Below, piece by piece: positions 31,841-34,382 of a DNA stretch of 34,382 bases. The DNA comes from Patescibacteria group bacterium (lineage in GTDB: Bacteria; Patescibacteriota; Microgenomatia; Levybacterales; UBA12049). The stretch covers positions 1-34,382 of the forward strand of contig DASVCQ010000150.1 of NCBI GenBank assembly GCA_036381535.1, in the 5' to 3' direction. The translations under genes and the position numbers were made by a program. Position 1 is the first letter of the stretch, and each line of letters starts with the position of its first letter. The notes under the pieces are model-generated. The model did not search any database, was not told the DNA's origin, and was given only the letters and a program-made list of their open reading frames with translations.

Positions 31841-32935
31841 ATGGCAAAAAATAGCACTCCCAAACAAATGGGCACTAGTCCAGACGCGGATCAACAACAC
31901 AAAATGGATGCTGTACGAATGGCAATGGAGGCAATTGAAAAGCAATACGGTCGCGGCTCAATTATGCGTTTTGGAGAAGCAGCACAAAAATTAGATATTT
32001 CAGTTATTTCTACAGGTTGTCTTCCTCTAGATATTGCGCTTGGTGTTGGTGGACTCCCAAGAGGAAGAATTATTGAAATTTATGGTCCAGAGGCATCTGG
32101 GAAGACTACTATTTGTCTCTCAACGATTGCTCAAGCACAAAAGCACGGTGGAGTTGCTGCATTTATTGATGCTGAGCATGCTTTGGATCCACAGTGGGCG
32201 CAAAGAGTAGGAGTTAAATTAGATGAATTGCTTATATCCCAGCCTGATACCGGCGAACAGGCGCTTGAGATTGCCGAGTCTTTAGTACGCTCTGGAGGAA
32301 TAGATGTTTTGGTAATAGACTCAGTTGCGGCGCTTGTGCCAAGAGCAGAAATTGAGGGAGAAATGGGTGACTCAGTGATGGGACTTCAGGCAAGACTTAT
32401 GTCCCAGGCTTTAAGGAAATTAACAGCTGTTATTTCCAAATCAAAGACTGTTGTTATTTTTACCAATCAATTAAGACAAAAAATTGGTGTGATGTTTGGA
32501 AATCCTGAAACAACAACGGGAGGTTTGGCACTTAAATTTTATGCATCAGTCAGAATGGATGTTAGGAAAATTGAGACTATTAAAGATGGTGACAGAGTAG
32601 TGGGATCAAGACATAGAGTGAAAGTTGTTAAAAATAAAGTTAGTGTTCCTTTCCGCACTGCAGAATTTGAAGTCTCTGGAGAGGGAATATCAAGAGAAGG
32701 TGGAATACTGGATGTTGGAATAGAATTGGGAATTATTTCCAAATCAGGAGCTTTCCTAAGATACGGCGAGCAGATGCTTGGGCAAGGAAGAGCAGCTGCA
32801 ATGGATTCTCTGAAGGAAGATAAAGGTTTGGAAGCAAAAATTGTCAAAGAAATTCAGGAAAAATCCCAGACTCGTACCCCAATGGAGGTTGGAAAAGAAG
32901 ATAGTGAAGAGGAAGTAGAAAATTTAGAAGCATAA
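31841..32935 (+). CDS. recA: recombinase RecA
   Basis: [15 protein letters not shown] and GPEASGKTT Walker A, plus VIDSVAAL. Acidic C-tail. Confidence 0.97.
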   Translation: MAKNSTPKQMGTSPDADQQHKMDAVRMAMEAIEKQYGRGSIMRFGEAAQKLDISVISTGCLPLDIALGVGGLPRGRIIEIYGPEASGKTTICLSTIAQAQKHGGVAAFIDAEHALDPQWAQRVGVKLDELLISQPDTGEQALEIAESLVRSGGIDVLVIDSVAALVPRAEIEGEMGDSVMGLQARLMSQALRKLTAVISKSKTVVIFTNQLRQKIGVMFGNPETTTGGLALKFYASVRMDVRKIETIKDGDRVVGSRHRVKVVKNKVSVPFRTAEFEVSGEGISREGGILDVGIELGIISKSGAFLRYGEQMLGQGRAAAMDSLKEDKGLEAKIVKEIQEKSQTRTPMEVGKEDSEEEVENLEA

Positions 32936-32936
32936 G

Positions 32937-33158
32937 ATGGTAAAAATTTCCCCGGAAAAAAAATACTTTGTAAAACTTGATAGGTCTCCAGTACAAATTT
33001 TGGTGAGTGGCGATAAACTACACGGTCAAAAAGGAAAACTCATGTTAGACGTTGGTGGAGAAGGACTCGCAGCTCGTGCGCTTCAAAAAGATGCAATAGA
33101 GGATGAAGAAGGTAGAAGTGTCAGAAGAATTGTTAAGATAGAAGAAGTTCAAGAGTAA
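32937..33158 (+). CDS. hypothetical small protein coupled to recA
   Basis: 73-aa ORF starting 1 nt after the recA stop (taagATG). Acidic C-terminus. Not RecX-like in length. Confidence 0.45.
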   Translation: MVKISPEKKYFVKLDRSPVQILVSGDKLHGQKGKLMLDVGGEGLAARALQKDAIEDEEGRSVRRIVKIEEVQE

Positions 33159-33193
33159 CCACATAAATTATTTCATCTAAATTTTGATTTACT

Positions 33194-34382
33194 TCATTTA
33201 TTTTTCCTAGTATAAACATAATACATATAAGAATCTGCCTTATGATCTTTAAAGGGAATATACCCCCCGTTTTTTATTGTTTGTTTTACACCATTTTCTG
33301 TAGGTATTAAGTTGCCATCGGGCATATTAAGGAAAAACCAAAAGCCGTATACTGCATATGCTGCCCATAAAATAATCGGAATAACTTTGAGAAGCATAAA
33401 TTTTTGTTGAAAAGTAAATAATGTGATAAATGCTAGTGAGGCGATAGCAATGTCTTGGGGTAATAGAAAATAATAATCAGTTAATTCACCACTATATGTT
33501 GATAAAACAATCCAAGGGATAATTACCCATAAAGCCATTAAGTACAATAATGAAAAAGTATCCTTTCTAGAATTTGTTTTGTAGTAAAATATTCCAAAGA
33601 CTGGTAAAACCAAATATGATAAAAATCCCAAGAAGCTAAATTGCAATACTTTACCATAACTTATAAATGCATCACTTAAGAGTTGTAATAGACGTTTTAG
33701 ATGAATACCATGATAGGTAGTGTGGAAAAGTGTGAAAAGGTGTCCTGTTGTTTGGGTTTTGAGGTGAATACTGCTTAGTATGGAAGGTGCTAAAAAGAGT
33801 GAGAAAATTAAGACTGATAAAAGCAAATATTTAATGGTTTGTTTGGTCTTTGGTAAAAATGGCAAAACAAAGATAATAAGCAGTGGATATAAGACAGAAG
33901 TAAAATCTACATGAAATGATAACCCTGTAAAAACAGCTAACAGTGGCAAATATTTTACTTTCCCCCTAACTACTTTTAGTAGGGCATAAAATATTAGATA
34001 AGAAATTGGTACTATTAGGTAAAATGCGCTTTGTACCCTATCTGCAGACATAATAAGTGCTGAAAATGTATTAATAAAACAAGCGATAAGAGCAATATTG
34101 GTATTAAAGATTTTTTTAGTAACATAAAATAGAATAAGAAAATTAGCGATTCCCATAAATCCCTGAAAAATAGGAGAGGCAATAGGATCCAAATTGGTGA
34201 AAAAATATACTATTGTAACAAGATAGTAATATAAAGGGCCCATGTAGATACCACTATTCCCTTTTGCTACCGGCCCATTAATAAGGATGTGCTTATCCAT
34301 TAAAATGCCTTTTGCTGCCCAAGCACTATCTACCTGATCCCAGCCAAAATTTGCTCTTTGAAAAAGTAAGTAAAATCTAAAG
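33194..34382 (-). CDS. polytopic membrane glycosyltransferase (GT-C fold, ArnT/PMT-like), N-terminus outside the window
   Basis: At least 10 hydrophobic segments. The frame stays open upstream of the track's Met 34300 through to 34382 (...FGWDQVDSAWAAKGIL-MDKH...), so the gene is truncated by the window. Confidence 0.6.
   Translation of the reverse strand, partial: FRFYLLFQRANFGWDQVDSAWAAKGILMDKHILINGPVAKGNSGIYMGPLYYYLVTIVYFFTNLDPIASPIFQGFMGIANFLILFYVTKKIFNTNIALIACFINTFSALIMSADRVQSAFYLIVPISYLIFYALLKVVRGKVKYLPLLAVFTGLSFHVDFTSVLYPLLIIFVLPFLPKTKQTIKYLLLSVLIFSLFLAPSILSSIHLKTQTTGHLFTLFHTTYHGIHLKRLLQLLSDAFISYGKVLQFSFLGFLSYLVLPVFGIFYYKTNSRKDTFSLLYLMALWVIIPWIVLSTYSGELTDYYFLLPQDIAIASLAFITLFTFQQKFMLLKVIPIILWAAYAVYGFWFFLNMPDGNLIPTENGVKQTIKNGGYIPFKDHKADSYMYYVYTRKNK

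Overview
AT-rich, gene-dense bacterial window. Most of it is the translation supercluster: tuf, then rpsJ, rplC-D-W-B, rpsS, rplV, rpsC, rplP, rpmC, rpsQ, rplN-X-E, rpsN(Z-type), rpsH, rplF-R, rpsE, rplO, secY, adk, cmk, map, infA, rpmJ, rpsM-K-D, rpoA, rplQ, rplM, rpsI. The flanks carry housekeeping and accessory genes: uppS, a methyltransferase, recA, tRNA-Pro(GGG), a four-helix-bundle protein and a GT-C glycosyltransferase. rpmD (L30) is absent between rpsE and rplO. Together with the low GC, several r-protein extensions or truncations, and the four-helix-bundle gene, this suggests a reduced CPR/Patescibacteria-like genome, an inference that no search could confirm here. TGA is used as a stop, so the code is standard. 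The usually invariant tuf-rpsJ-rplC and map-infA junctions are broken by accessory genes: a SET-domain methyltransferase, HAD, GNAT, a histidine phosphatase, a small membrane protein and a 208-aa unknown. Most interesting signals: (1) a Met-codon-rich leader peptide with mutually exclusive antiterminator and terminator hairpins upstream of a BHMT-like homocysteine methyltransferase; (2) a family of A-rich inverted-repeat hairpin elements (GTCAAAAG/GCAAAAT units) that start on the TAA stop codons of r-protein genes; (3) a recurrent TGnTATAAT-N6-ATG arrangement implying leaderless mRNAs for first-in-unit accessory genes; (4) a small hairpin motif with a conserved GAGCGAAGTCGA core and covarying stems. 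All structure and function calls come from reading the sequence, with no folding or database search run.
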